A stretch of 47,477 nucleotides of DNA, taken from positions 1-47,477 of the forward strand of contig JAUVNS010000024.1 in assembly GCA_030599585.1 (NCBI GenBank), in the 5' to 3' direction. The position numbers were made by a program, and so were the translations under genes. How positions within the stretch are numbered: the stretch's first letter is position 1; the number at the start of each line of letters is the position of its first letter. Under the pieces are notes generated by a model. It saw nothing but the letters and a program-made list of their open reading frames with translations, searched no databases and was not told where the DNA came from. Positions 1 through 10,465 of this stretch are shown piece by piece. Source of the DNA: Promethearchaeota archaeon. GTDB taxonomy: Archaea; Asgardarchaeota; Lokiarchaeia; Sigyniarchaeales; SOKP01.

Positions 1-1
1 C

Positions 2-304
2 TATTGTAACCTTTGTTTTGTTGATCAAAATAAACCGGTTTGGTTCGGGAAGACAACTGATCTACCAGATGTATTCGTTTATCACCTAATCCGGGCAATG
101 CACATGGCGGGAAGATGCGTTGCGTGCGGTGCGTGCTCACTTGTTTGCCCTATGGGCATTGATTTAAATAAAATTAATAGAAAATTAGAAAAAATCGTTA
201 AAGAACGATTTGATTTCACTTCAGGGCTCGATCCAGATGTGCTACCACCCATGGTAGATTTCAAGATGGATGATGCTCAAGAATTTATGTTAGAAGAGGA
301 TTAA
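2..304 (+). CDS. C-terminal part of a 4Fe-4S dicluster protein, FlxC/FdhB-like (5' truncated by the window edge)
   Basis: Frame is open from position 2 (YCNLCFVDQNKPVWFGK...RAMHMAGRCVACGACSLVCPMGIDL); CxxCxxCxxxCP motif; lies directly upstream of AsrA-like and AsrB-like genes. Confidence 0.75.
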   Translation, partial: YCNLCFVDQNKPVWFGKTTDLPDVFVYHLIRAMHMAGRCVACGACSLVCPMGIDLNKINRKLEKIVKERFDFTSGLDPDVLPPMVDFKMDDAQEFMLEED

Positions 305-326
305 GATTAAGAGAAGTGTTTAAGAT

Positions 327-1385
327 ATGGCAGAGAAAATATTGAAAAAAGACGACATTGGTAAGCTCTATAGCGAGCTAGTAAAAGACTACAAATTTTA
401 CGCTCCTACTAAAGTAAAAGGTAATATTGCTTTCAAAAAGATTTCTAAAGCGGAAGAAATCGAATTAGACTACTTGAATTCGAAGGTTCCTCCGAAAGAA
501 GTATTATTTCCACAAAAAGAAACTATTTTTGAGTATAGATACGAAGGGAAAGACGTAATTATTGATGAAAGGAAAGACTTGGAAGACAAAATTCTAATTT
601 TTGGAGTCAGACCTTGCGATGCTTACAGTTTTAAGCTGTTAAAAGACTTTTTTGCGTTTGGCGACTTTCAGGACGATGTTTTTCTGAAAAAGCGAGAAAA
701 TGCGACGATCATTGGTATTGGTTGTAATAGTCCGAGGCAATCGTGCTTCTGTACGTCTGTAGGTGGTCATCCTTTTCAAAAAGAAAGCACCGACATATTT
801 CTTTCAGATTTAGGAGATACTTATTTAGTTGAGGCCATAAGCGAAAAAGGAGAGAACCTCTTGAAAAAGTTATCATGGCTTGCTGACGCTAAAAAAGCAG
901 ATGTAGAAAAATCTAAAGAGTTAGCTAAGCAAGCAGAAGAATCTTTTACTACTAAATTTGATTTTGATTTAGTAACAAAAGTATTAGACGAAAACTTCGA
1001 GCATCCTGTCTGGCAAGAAATTAGCGAAAGTTGTATCGGATGCAGTTCGTGCACGTTTCTATGCCCTACTTGTACTTGTTTTGATGTTATCGACGAAAAC
1101 GACGAATACAATAACCGGGGTCGACGAATTAGGATTTGGGACACTTGTCAGTCGTGTCTTTATACGCTCGAAACGAGCGGTCATAACCCTCGGCCAGCTA
1201 AAATACAAAGGTGTAGAAATCGAATTATGCACAAGTTTAGCTATTATCCCTCGAATTACGATTGTTTAGGGTGTGTGGGGTGCGGAAGATGTATTACCGC
1301 TTGCCCCGTTAATAACGAGCTCAGATTAATAATTGATAAAATACTTGAAATTCAAGAAAAAAGTGGTGAAAAAGTCAGTGCCTAA
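327..1385 (+). CDS. 4Fe-4S dicluster protein, AsrA / sulfhydrogenase beta / FlxB-like
   Basis: GVRPCD and CFCTS motifs; CIGCSSCTFLCPTCTCF and CVGCGRCITACP clusters. Confidence 0.85.
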   Translation: MAEKILKKDDIGKLYSELVKDYKFYAPTKVKGNIAFKKISKAEEIELDYLNSKVPPKEVLFPQKETIFEYRYEGKDVIIDERKDLEDKILIFGVRPCDAYSFKLLKDFFAFGDFQDDVFLKKRENATIIGIGCNSPRQSCFCTSVGGHPFQKESTDIFLSDLGDTYLVEAISEKGENLLKKLSWLADAKKADVEKSKELAKQAEESFTTKFDFDLVTKVLDENFEHPVWQEISESCIGCSSCTFLCPTCTCFDVIDENDEYNNRGRRIRIWDTCQSCLYTLETSGHNPRPAKIQRCRNRIMHKFSYYPSNYDCLGCVGCGRCITACPVNNELRLIIDKILEIQEKSGEKVSA

Positions 1386-2217
1386 TCCGTATATTCCAAT
1401 GTTGACGAAAGTGAAATCTATAATTTCGGAAAATGAAGTACGAGATATAAAAACTCTCGAGTTAGAATTTCAAAAGGAGGAAGAATATAAAGCCTTCGAT
1501 TATATTCCTGGTCAATTTGCAGAAATTAGTATTATTGGTAAAGGAGAATGTCCTATTGGAATTGCTTCTTCCCCTACTGAAGAGGGTACGATCAAATTCA
1601 CGATCAAAAAAATGGGAACCGTGACTTCTTCTTTTCACAACAGTGATATTGGAGACACGATTGGTGTGAGAGGACCTTTAGGAAACGGCTGGCCGATGGA
1701 AGAACTAAAAGGACAGAACATAGTTGTCATTGGAGGGGGGTTTGCGTTTTCCACGCTAAGATCGCTCGTGTTGTACGTATTAGATGATAAACACCGAAAA
1801 GATTACGGTGATATAACGGTAATTTATGGAAACAGAGATTCAGGTGAAGTTCTCTATCGAGATGTTCTTGAAGAATGGGAAAAGCGAGACGATATTAATG
1901 TAGTTTTGACTATAGATCGCGAAGAAAAAGGCTGGACTCGAAAAGTAGGTTTTGTCGCTGCTATAGTTAAGGAAGTAGCACCTTCCCCAGATAATGCAGT
2001 CGCAATTATTTGCGGACCTCCAATTATGATAAGAACTGCTGTAGATGAGTTAGTAAAGATCGGTTGGAAAGACGAGAAGATTCTTAATTCTTTAGAAATG
2101 CGAATGAAATGTGGAATTGGGAAATGTGGGAGATGTAATATCGGTGAGAAATTTGTGTGCATCGATGGTCCTGTTTTTTCACTCGCAGAGCTTAAAAAAA
2201 TGCCTAATGAATATTAG
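1378..2217 (+). CDS. FAD/NAD(P)-binding 2Fe-2S oxidoreductase, AsrB / sulfhydrogenase gamma / FlxA-like
   Basis: PGQF, RGPLGNGW, GGG, ICGPPIM and MKCGIGKCGRC...CIDGPVF motifs; start placed at GTG 1378 (GGTGA upstream, overlaps the previous stop) rather than 1333. Confidence 0.88.
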   Translation: MPNPYIPMLTKVKSIISENEVRDIKTLELEFQKEEEYKAFDYIPGQFAEISIIGKGECPIGIASSPTEEGTIKFTIKKMGTVTSSFHNSDIGDTIGVRGPLGNGWPMEELKGQNIVVIGGGFAFSTLRSLVLYVLDDKHRKDYGDITVIYGNRDSGEVLYRDVLEEWEKRDDINVVLTIDREEKGWTRKVGFVAAIVKEVAPSPDNAVAIICGPPIMIRTAVDELVKIGWKDEKILNSLEMRMKCGIGKCGRCNIGEKFVCIDGPVFSLAELKKMPNEY

Positions 2218-2278
2218 ATGTTCATCAAGCTAAAATTACAATTCTTTTATTTCTTCTTTTATTATTATAATTTACAAA

Positions 2279-2884
2279 ATGATAAAGAACATTATATTTG
2301 ATTTAGGAAATGTCTTACTAAAGTTCAAACCTAACGAATTCTTGTTAAGATTTACAGACGATAAAGAATATATCGACCAATTTATTTCAAAAGTCACTCG
2401 GAGCAAGACATGGTTAGAGTTAGACCGGGGAACGAACTCCGTGGAAAATGCGAGAACTATTTTTTTATCTGAATATCCTGATGAAAAAGAAATAATCGAG
2501 TTATTCTTTGATCAATGGATGGATATGCTAACCCCTATTGAAGAAAATGTAAAAATTTTAGAAGAAGTGAAGGAATTAGGGTATAGAACATATATTTTGT
2601 CCAATTATATTATAGAAGCATTTAGTTACGTTAGTTCAAAATATAATTTCCTTTCTCTGTTTGATGGTCAGATAATTTCTGGAGTTGAAAAAGTAATTAA
2701 ACCAGAAAAAGCGATTTACGAACTTCTCCTCAGTCGGTATAATTTAGCTCCTGAAGAAAGCCTTTTTATAGATGATGTATTGTTTTTTCTAAAGCCAGCA
2801 AAGAAACTCGGCATGAAAACCATTTGGAATCGTCCTGAAACTGATTTAAGAGAAGAACTGAAAAAACTGGATATATTTCCTTAG
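2279..2884 (+). CDS. HAD-superfamily phosphatase
   Basis: FDLGNVL (motif I), LSN, KP and FIDD motifs. Confidence 0.85.
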   Translation: MIKNIIFDLGNVLLKFKPNEFLLRFTDDKEYIDQFISKVTRSKTWLELDRGTNSVENARTIFLSEYPDEKEIIELFFDQWMDMLTPIEENVKILEEVKELGYRTYILSNYIIEAFSYVSSKYNFLSLFDGQIISGVEKVIKPEKAIYELLLSRYNLAPEESLFIDDVLFFLKPAKKLGMKTIWNRPETDLREELKKLDIFP

Positions 2885-3840
2885 ATTGTTATTATTACAT
2901 TTCCCGTTTTTTCCCCTTTATCAACATACCGATGAGCATCGGCAATTTGTTCCAACGGATAGCTCCTATCTATGGCCGTTTTTATTTTCCCCGCTTCAAT
3001 AAGTTCTCTGAGGAAAATTAAATCTTCAGTCTTGTAGACTAAACTTCTCCCAACTATTACTTTCTGGCCGCTTGTTAATAGCCTTCGAACCTTCCTGCCC
3101 CCAGCATTGGCTAAAAGAAAGGTTCCATTTTCGTTTAGCAATTTTACACTACCTGAAAACGAACTCTTGCCAATCACATCAAAAATAAAATCATAAGTTT
3201 CACCGCTTTTGGTAAAATCCTCTTTAGTGTAATCAATTACCCTATCGGCCCCCAGAGATTTCATCATTTCCAAACTCTTGGGATTGCCTACCGCAGTAAC
3301 TTCTGCCCCATAGTACTTGGCAAGCTGTATACCAAAAGTGCCTATACTTCCAGAAGCTCCACGGATAAGAACTTTTTGTCCGCTCTTGATATTTGCTTTT
3401 CTAATGAAATATAACGCATTAAATCCCCCGGTAATAACGGCGGCGGCTTCCTCATAAGTCATATTAGTTGGCTTTTTTGCCATCACTCCTTTTTCAGGCA
3501 GACATACGTACTCGGCATAAGCACCAAACTTGAACTCGGTAGCTGCAAAAATTTGGTCTCCTACGCTAAAATTTTGTACATTATTTCCTATTGCTTCAAT
3601 TTCTCCGGCTATCTCTTGCCCTGGTATGCTTTTTCTTGGTTTTCTGAGACCAAATCCTAATCGCATGAGGAGCCGCATAAAAAAAGAGAATTTGAGTGCC
3701 CGCAACTCACAATCCCCCATTGTTACTGTTGTCGCATATATTCTTATCAGAACTTCATCTTCCTTTGGAGTAGGCTTATCTACCTCTTTAAGCTGAAGAA
3801 CTTCAGGTGGTCCGTATTTTGTGGCTACAATTGCTTTCAT
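2881..3840 (-). CDS. NAD(P)-dependent MDR-family oxidoreductase (quinone-oxidoreductase-like, lacks Zn-ADH ligands), paralog 1
   Basis: [25 protein letters not shown] Rossmann loop, [22 protein letters not shown]. Confidence 0.9.
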   Translation of the reverse strand: MKAIVATKYGPPEVLQLKEVDKPTPKEDEVLIRIYATTVTMGDCELRALKFSFFMRLLMRLGFGLRKPRKSIPGQEIAGEIEAIGNNVQNFSVGDQIFAATEFKFGAYAEYVCLPEKGVMAKKPTNMTYEEAAAVITGGFNALYFIRKANIKSGQKVLIRGASGSIGTFGIQLAKYYGAEVTAVGNPKSLEMMKSLGADRVIDYTKEDFTKSGETYDFIFDVIGKSSFSGSVKLLNENGTFLLANAGGRKVRRLLTSGQKVIVGRSLVYKTEDLIFLRELIEAGKIKTAIDRSYPLEQIADAHRYVDKGEKTGNVIITI

Positions 3841-3961
3841 AACTATTCATCCTTATTTAATTCTATCCTATAAGTTTGTTCAATGTAACTCTAATTAGAC
3901 AACATTCTATATAATCGTTATTAGAAAATTAAAAAAAAGATAGTAAGATATGCACTCAAAT

Positions 3962-4567
3962 TTATTTCGCATCTCGAACCATTAACCACATTGGTAAATT
4001 CACTGGATCTGGAAGATTTAATTTTTTGACTACGTGAAATCCAAAGTGTTCATAGAGTTTAACATTCTTTTCATTTTGAGTCTCCAGATATATAGGTTTT
4101 TTTTCTATTTCAGATTTTTCTATAACTGCCCTTAAAAATTTTCCTCCAAAACCTTTTCCTTGAAATTCTTGTGAAACAGCCATTATAAATAGAAAGATAT
4201 ATGGGCCTATATCAAGGTCTTTCTTCGCTTCTTCTAATGCATTAGCAGTTTGCTCCATAATCTTTCTTAGGCTTGCTAATTTCATACCAAGAAAAAAACC
4301 ACCGCTTCGAAAAACTCTCCATCCTGTCATATCGCCTTTATCATGTGGTGTAATTGCCATTACTCCTTCAATATTATCAGATGTCGAGAAAACATTACCA
4401 TATTTCATACAAAACTTAGTCATAACCTCAAACTGTGCACGTTGCTTATCTTCTTCCGTAATAAATTTCTCAAACATTGGATCATCAGAATATGCATTCA
4501 CGAATACATCTACAGCTTTCTTAATATCTTCTTTTTTTAATTTATATAAATCGCTAATCAATGACAT
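3962..4567 (-). CDS. GNAT N-acetyltransferase, paralog 1
   Basis: VSQEFQGKGFGG acetyl-CoA motif, YLET...NVKLYEHFGF. Confidence 0.9.
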   Translation of the reverse strand: MSLISDLYKLKKEDIKKAVDVFVNAYSDDPMFEKFITEEDKQRAQFEVMTKFCMKYGNVFSTSDNIEGVMAITPHDKGDMTGWRVFRSGGFFLGMKLASLRKIMEQTANALEEAKKDLDIGPYIFLFIMAVSQEFQGKGFGGKFLRAVIEKSEIEKKPIYLETQNEKNVKLYEHFGFHVVKKLNLPDPVNLPMWLMVRDAK

Positions 4568-4732
4568 ACTGATTAAATAGATTTCTTAACGTATATTAAA
4601 GATATGTGTAATAATTGCATATAATCGACGAATTTCCTCAGAAATAATAATTGTGTAAAGTTGAAATTTAGATATCAAATGAAGCGTTCATGAGAATTAG
4701 GTTTTACGGTAAAATTAAGAAAGAACGAATTA

Positions 4733-4804
4733 TTAAAAATCTTTACGCTCAAGAAAAGCGTCAGGCGTTTTTATTATGATTGTTCTTTTTTCATACTTGT
4801 CCAT
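4733..4804 (-). CDS. Putative 23-aa small protein MDKYEKRTIIIKTPDAFLERKDF
   Basis: ATG preceded by GAGGTA; below the length cutoff of the ORF track. Confidence 0.4.
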   Translation of the reverse strand: MDKYEKRTIIIKTPDAFLERKDF

Positions 4805-4869
4805 TTTATTTACCTCTTTTATTGGGAGTTTTTAGTATTTTTAATTTAAAAAAATTTAAAAAAAATTAT

Positions 4870-4968
4870 TTATTCTTTGCTCATTTCGCAAGCAAATTTA
4901 AGGTATTGAAGTTCAAATGAATTGTAGGTCGATTGAGCTTTTAATGCTTTTATGTCGGATTTTTCCAT
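4870..4968 (-). CDS. Putative 32-aa small protein MEKSDIKALKAQSTYNSFELQYLKFACEMSKE
   Basis: ATG preceded by a strong AAGGAGGTA ribosome-binding site; below the length cutoff of the ORF track. Confidence 0.5.
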   Translation of the reverse strand: MEKSDIKALKAQSTYNSFELQYLKFACEMSKE

Positions 4969-5225
4969 TAGCTTTTACCTCCTTATTATTATTTTTTTTT
5001 CCTTGTTTTTTTTTTTGTTCTTAATTAAAACAAGGTAAGAATACATAATTAGTTTTTAATGCTAAACTAAGAATGGACTCTTGAACATTTGATGAACCAA
5101 TCTATATGATGTGAAGACAGAGCCTACTATTATCTCAATGGATTTATTAAAGTTTTTTACATAAATTTTTTTAACAGCACACACATTAAGATTAATAGGC
5201 TTTAGTAAATCTTACAAATCTCACA

Positions 5226-5855
5226 ATGATTGATACCTGGCTTTCTAAGACAAAATTTAAAGATATGTATGAGAAATTTGTGAGGAAAATTTTTCTCGGC
5301 AAAGTTTCTGCCAATCAACTCACTATAATTGGGCTAACTTTTGGTCTCATAGGTTCCTTTTTCATATATTTTAGCAGTCTTTTAGAAGATCTCCAAATAT
5401 TCATGATTATAATGTCCGTTAGCATTGTTTCAATTTCCTTTTTTTTCGATACCATAGATGGCTCGGTAGCAAGATATGAAGGTCCTACTACATTTGGTGG
5501 CATATTAGATATATTTTGTGATCGATTAGTTGAGATATCAATAATAATTTCGCTTGTTGCATCAGATTCTCTGAATCTAATATGGGCAGGAATGTTTTCT
5601 TTAGCAGCTATTATCCTTTGTATTTCTATGTTTCTAATCGTAGGGGGCATAACTAAAAGAGACAGTGCAGAAAACACACCTAAAGTTATAACATATCAAA
5701 CTGGTCTAATGGAGCGTTCTGAGACGTTTCTCTTTTTCTTAGCTATGATAATCTTAATTCCTTGGCGTTTAATATTATTATGGATTTTTTCTGGGTTGGT
5801 ATTTACGACTGCTATATTAAGGTTGATAAAGGCACGTAAATTATTTAAAGAATAA
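5226..5855 (+). CDS. CDP-alcohol phosphatidyltransferase family protein
   Basis: Signature DxxDGxxAR...GxxxDxxxD (DTIDGSVARYEGPTTFGGILDIFCDR); several TM segments. Confidence 0.9.
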   Translation: MIDTWLSKTKFKDMYEKFVRKIFLGKVSANQLTIIGLTFGLIGSFFIYFSSLLEDLQIFMIIMSVSIVSISFFFDTIDGSVARYEGPTTFGGILDIFCDRLVEISIIISLVASDSLNLIWAGMFSLAAIILCISMFLIVGGITKRDSAENTPKVITYQTGLMERSETFLFFLAMIILIPWRLILLWIFSGLVFTTAILRLIKARKLFKE

Positions 5856-5928
5856 GCTTGACTACCGAATTTTTTTTTTTAAGATATTATGAAAGTATTT
5901 TAAACGAATTGATATAATAATATCAATA

Positions 5929-7239
5929 ATGAATACTGAAAATCTATCCGACGCTGAAGAAATTTTAAAGATTATAAGAAACGATAGTGTGGGGAAATTA
6001 GGAATTTTATGTCTGAATTGTTTAATAGTAAGAGCTAGATTTTTGGAAATTTATGCTTTTATGGAGGGGCATAATATTCCTTTACCAGTAAATCAAAAAT
6101 TATCAAAACTGGAACTACTTGATTATATAAGTGTTTTTTTCTATAAGCAATACCAAAAAAGTCCGACTCTCCACAAACAATTTAAGACTCCAATAGATTA
6201 CATTGGAAATTTCATTTTACACGACGATATTTTAAGTGATTATTTAACAAGATTTGATTTTATTTCAAAGCAAGAATTAATAGACGCTTTCGCTGATTAT
6301 TGTGCTGATTATGGAATTTCGGTGTACAATACCGGAGATATCAAAGCTTTTTCGCTAGACTTATACTTAATTAAGAAAAAACCGTTCCTGAGAACAGAAG
6401 CTGTTTTTGTTAGAACTGGAGCAGAAATGACAGAAGAAAACTACAAAAACACTTTTTACCTTATTAACGAAGCTTCAAAAGTGGCAGTTTGGTCTGTATT
6501 TGTAACAACTCCTCGAGGCGTGTGTAATATTGGTTATGAACGACTTAAGAGTGATATGGAGAATTTAAATGCCTGGCTGTACGTAATAGACCCAATACAT
6601 CAAAAAGTTTTAGGTATTCTTAAAGGTAAAAAATCGAAGAGCCACGATACTTCAATCAGAGACGATTTTATTCAAAAGTTACCACACGAACCGATAAGGG
6701 CACCTTCACGATTGGCTAAGATATCGAAATATAAATTTAAAGAATCCGAATCCTATAACCCTAAAAATTTTGTCATGTTTGAACTTTTTCCAAAGGAGAC
6801 ATTAATTCTAGAAGACCACGCCGTAACTGTAAAGCCTATGTTTAAGGACACATTTAGAACTTTAATGGTTATTGACAAAGACTCTGGGCTAAATATGATT
6901 TCACATTCCAGTGAAGATTCGCCTATGGAACAAGAATTAGTATCTGGGTTTTTGTCAGCTATGGACTCTTTTGTTTCAGAAATAGGAGGCACTACTTCAA
7001 TGAATGAAATTAATTACAAAGGATTTTATATACATGCGGTTTATGGACAGTATGTAAAAATAGCGTTATTTTTATCGAAGCCCGCTCCGCAGAGCTTAAA
7101 AGAGAGATTAGCATACTTTTTAAATCAGTTTGAAGATCACTACCACGATCAAATAGTGCAATTTAACAAAACAGGTAATACAACCGTTTTCAATAAGTCT
7201 CGTATTGTCGAGCTTGTAAAAGAAATTATTAGTGTTTAA
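5929..7239 (+). CDS. Hypothetical protein with a C-terminal Asgard longin-like domain and a central restriction-endonuclease-like segment
   Basis: C-terminal LMVIDKDSGL...ELVSGFLSAMDSFVSEI...NEINY pattern typical of Asgard longin domains; central LDLYLIKK...EAVFVRTG followed by alternating helices and strands. Confidence 0.6.
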   Translation: MNTENLSDAEEILKIIRNDSVGKLGILCLNCLIVRARFLEIYAFMEGHNIPLPVNQKLSKLELLDYISVFFYKQYQKSPTLHKQFKTPIDYIGNFILHDDILSDYLTRFDFISKQELIDAFADYCADYGISVYNTGDIKAFSLDLYLIKKKPFLRTEAVFVRTGAEMTEENYKNTFYLINEASKVAVWSVFVTTPRGVCNIGYERLKSDMENLNAWLYVIDPIHQKVLGILKGKKSKSHDTSIRDDFIQKLPHEPIRAPSRLAKISKYKFKESESYNPKNFVMFELFPKETLILEDHAVTVKPMFKDTFRTLMVIDKDSGLNMISHSSEDSPMEQELVSGFLSAMDSFVSEIGGTTSMNEINYKGFYIHAVYGQYVKIALFLSKPAPQSLKERLAYFLNQFEDHYHDQIVQFNKTGNTTVFNKSRIVELVKEIISV

Positions 7240-7345
7240 ATCGAAATAAGTGGAGAATTAATCTTCTCTCTCTTAGCACTCCTTTTTCTCGTATCCTATA
7301 GATTAAAACCCAAATAAATATATTGAATTAAATGATGAAATTCTT

Positions 7346-7723
7346 ATGGCAAAATCAAAAAAACCAATTGGAATTGTAGATGGAAAATTACATCCTTGCC
7401 CTAAATCTCCAAATTGTGTCTCTACGCAAACTATTGACGATAAGCAAAAAATGGAACCCATAAATTATTCTGGATCTCTTGATGATGCAAAAGCTAAAAT
7501 AATTAGTATAATTAACTCGCTAAAAAGATCTAAAATTATAACAAATGAAGAAAACTACATCCATATAGAATTTAGAACGGCAACTTTCAGGTTTGTAGAC
7601 GATGTTGAATTTCTTTTTGACGATAAAGAAAAAATTATCCATTTTCGTTCTCGAGCAAGAATGGGTTATAGTGATATGGGAGTAAACCGAAAAAGGATGG
7701 AAGAAATTACAAAATTGTTTTAA
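7346..7723 (+). CDS. DUF1499 family protein
   Basis: CPKSPNCVS, FRFVDDVEF, RSRARMGYSDMGVNRKR. Confidence 0.88.
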   Translation: MAKSKKPIGIVDGKLHPCPKSPNCVSTQTIDDKQKMEPINYSGSLDDAKAKIISIINSLKRSKIITNEENYIHIEFRTATFRFVDDVEFLFDDKEKIIHFRSRARMGYSDMGVNRKRMEEITKLF

Positions 7724-7928
7724 TTAAGAGAAGGGTGCAAGCTTAGTTAAACGAGTGATTCAAAAATAGTATATTATTGTTTAACTAATAATTTAGCAAT
7801 TTTTTTAGGTAATTACTTATCTAATTTCTCTCACATTTCATAATATTTATAGATAATAATCAGCAGATTAAAATCTCAAAGCAAGCTCTATATAGTTAGA
7901 TAAGTTTTTCTTGTCACGGGTGATTTGT

Positions 7929-8297
7929 ATGAGCGAAAAAAAAAAAAATAAATTAATTTTTATATACAATGCGGATTCAGGTTTGTTAAATACCGTAAAG
8001 GATTTCTGGCATAAAGCTCTTAGGCCTAGCACTTATCAATGTAATTTATGTCAAACCACATTTGGAACTTTCGGAGCGAAAAAGGAGTGGAAATCTTTTA
8101 TTAGCACCTTAGAAGTCGATACGGAATTTCTTCATAAAGATGAATTTTTAGAAAGCTACGACATACCAGACGCAAAATATCCTTCTGCTTATTTATTAGA
8201 AGACGGAGTTCTTAGGTTACTTATCTCGCAAGAAGAAATGGATAAAGTAGCAACGACTACTGAGATGGAAAATCTCGTATCTTCTAAATTAAAATAA
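7929..8297 (+). CDS. Conserved hypothetical protein with CxxC
   Basis: LIFIYNADSG...YQCNLCQ..F...EW...EFLHKDEF; ATG 7929 follows GGGTGA. Confidence 0.65.
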   Translation: MSEKKKNKLIFIYNADSGLLNTVKDFWHKALRPSTYQCNLCQTTFGTFGAKKEWKSFISTLEVDTEFLHKDEFLESYDIPDAKYPSAYLLEDGVLRLLISQEEMDKVATTTEMENLVSSKLK

Positions 8298-8338
8298 CAT
8301 CTCTTCTTTTATTTTGAAAATAAATGTAAAATAATTCT

Positions 8339-10447
8339 CTATACTTTAGAGTTTAAGTGTTCTAAAGCTTTGTGTATATCGTTTGTAGGTGCTTTGCACG
8401 TTTTGTTGATGCACACGAATGCAGTGGCCTTTCCCTCGTATTTGTCAAAAAATTGAACAAAATTAGAAAACTTATCAATTTCTGGGTTTAACTTCTCCGT
8501 AGGACGAAAAATTAACGATTTGTTAGGTAAAAATTGTTTTCTAATCTCATCTAACATAGAATTTGTATCTTCATTTCCAGTATCTCCTGCTATAACTAAT
8601 GAGTACGTTGGTCCAACAGCGTAATCCACAGCAACCATCATTAGACTATGCGCAACAGGGTTAGCTCGAACATTTTCGGCAAATACTCTTCCAAGATAAT
8701 CTGCTTTTTTCTCATAGTTATCGTTACCGGTTAATTGGGCTAGTCTAAGCAAATTTAACATAGCAACCGAATTTCCCGATGGTATTGCTCCGTCGTAGGT
8801 TTCTTTCTGCCTGGTTAATAACGATTCTGCGTCTTTAGCTGTAAAAAAGAATGCTCCAATCAAATTGTCCCAGAACAATTCTAGCTGCTCCTCAGTAAGT
8901 TCTATCGCTTTTTGAAGATACAAAATGTCAAAAGTGGCTTCATAAAGATTAATTAAACCCCAGATTAAGAAAGCATAGTCATCTAAAAAAGCAGGTATAT
9001 CCGCGCCGCCCTCACGGTACCGATGAAGCAGTCTTCCATCAGAATTTTTCATTTTATTAAGGATGAAGTTCATTGCTTTTTTGGCTGATTCAATGTATTT
9101 TGGCTCATTCAGAATGTACCCTGCCTTAGCAAATGCTGCAATCATTAATCCATTCCAGTCGGTCAATACTTTATCGTCTTTATGTGGTCTAACCCTTTTT
9201 TCCCTAACTTCAAATAATTGTTTTCTGGCTGATTCTAAATCGAATTTGGTAGTATTCGTCGAGCTGAATTTTTGATGCAGTATATTTTTTCCAGTTTTTT
9301 TTCTAGTTGCTTCATCTAAAAAATTACCTTCTACATTAACATCGTAGAATTTTGAAAAATCTTTTGTCTTATCTGCTCCTAATATTTCTTCGATTTCTAG
9401 TTTCGACCAAACATAAAATTTTCCTTCCTCTCCTTCGCTATCGGCATCTTCTGCGCTATAAAATGCTCCTTCTGGAGAAGTCATATCACGCAAAACGTAC
9501 GTCATTATTTCTACTGCAGTATTAGCGTATTCTTTCTTATTTGTTGCTTGGTACGTTTCCAAGTAAGCTAGAGTTAATAAAGATTGATCGTAGAGCATTT
9601 TTTCGAAATGAGGAACAAGCCAGTCAGAATCCGTAGAGTAGCGGTGAAAACCAAATCCAATGTGATCGTAGATTCCTCCCATTCTCATTTGCTCAAGCGT
9701 TTTTTCGACCATTGTTAGTGCGTTCTCATCCCCAGTTCTTTTCCAATATCGCAATAAAAACAGTAAATTATGCGGCGTAGGAAACTTAGGAGCTGTTCCG
9801 AATCCCCCGTTCTTCTTATCAAATCTTGCAGAGAGCTGAGAGTATGTATTATTTAAAACGCTTTTTGTTAAACTACTTCCTGGCGATTCCGAATTCACAT
9901 CATGCAAGGCAAAAATTATTTTCTCGCTCGACTCTAACAATTGTTTTCTCTCGTTCTTCCATAAACTATCTATTCGTTTAATTAAATCTATTATACCTAT
10001 TCTTCCAAAACGACTTTCCTTAGGAAAATAAGTACCTGCAAAAAATGGTTTTTTATCTGGAGTCATTACAATTGTTAGCGGCCACCCACCAGATCCAGTC
10101 ATAAGTTGGCAAACTGTCATATAGATTTTGTCTATATCGGGTCGTTCTTCTCGATCAACTTTAATGGAAATAAATGTTTCGTTCATGTATTTAGCAACTG
10201 AGGAGTCTTCAAACGACTCGTGAGCCATAACATGACACCAGTGACATGTAGAATACCCTATGGATAAAAAAATAGGTTTATCTTCAGATTTTGCCTTATT
10301 AAAAGCTTCTTCTCCCCAAGGATACCAATTAACGGGATTTTTAGCGTGTTGAAGTAAATATGGACTTTTTTCATTGACAAGTTTATTGTAAATTATATCC
10401 GTTTCAGTTCCATCTCGTTCGATATTGTAATCGTTTATACCATCCAC
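8339..10447 (-). CDS. Thioredoxin-domain protein of the YyaL/SSP411 (SPATA20) family
   Basis: [54 protein letters not shown]. Confidence 0.93.
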   Translation of the reverse strand: MDGINDYNIERDGTETDIIYNKLVNEKSPYLLQHAKNPVNWYPWGEEAFNKAKSEDKPIFLSIGYSTCHWCHVMAHESFEDSSVAKYMNETFISIKVDREERPDIDKIYMTVCQLMTGSGGWPLTIVMTPDKKPFFAGTYFPKESRFGRIGIIDLIKRIDSLWKNERKQLLESSEKIIFALHDVNSESPGSSLTKSVLNNTYSQLSARFDKKNGGFGTAPKFPTPHNLLFLLRYWKRTGDENALTMVEKTLEQMRMGGIYDHIGFGFHRYSTDSDWLVPHFEKMLYDQSLLTLAYLETYQATNKKEYANTAVEIMTYVLRDMTSPEGAFYSAEDADSEGEEGKFYVWSKLEIEEILGADKTKDFSKFYDVNVEGNFLDEATRKKTGKNILHQKFSSTNTTKFDLESARKQLFEVREKRVRPHKDDKVLTDWNGLMIAAFAKAGYILNEPKYIESAKKAMNFILNKMKNSDGRLLHRYREGGADIPAFLDDYAFLIWGLINLYEATFDILYLQKAIELTEEQLELFWDNLIGAFFFTAKDAESLLTRQKETYDGAIPSGNSVAMLNLLRLAQLTGNDNYEKKADYLGRVFAENVRANPVAHSLMMVAVDYAVGPTYSLVIAGDTGNEDTNSMLDEIRKQFLPNKSLIFRPTEKLNPEIDKFSNFVQFFDKYEGKATAFVCINKTCKAPTNDIHKALEHLNSKV

Positions 10448-10465
10448 CTATTCAATTTTGTTGAT

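Noticed and set aside
3530-3796. Recurring antisense ORFs over the MDR and Lrp paralogs (also 23242, 31831, 33359, 21789, 25344, 28737)
   Set aside because: They are shadows of conserved sense-strand genes; their similarity follows from the paralogy.
5089-5138. Possible C/D-box sRNA (TTGATGA...ATGA..TGAAGA)
   Set aside because: No terminal CUGA D box at the expected spacing and no identifiable target.
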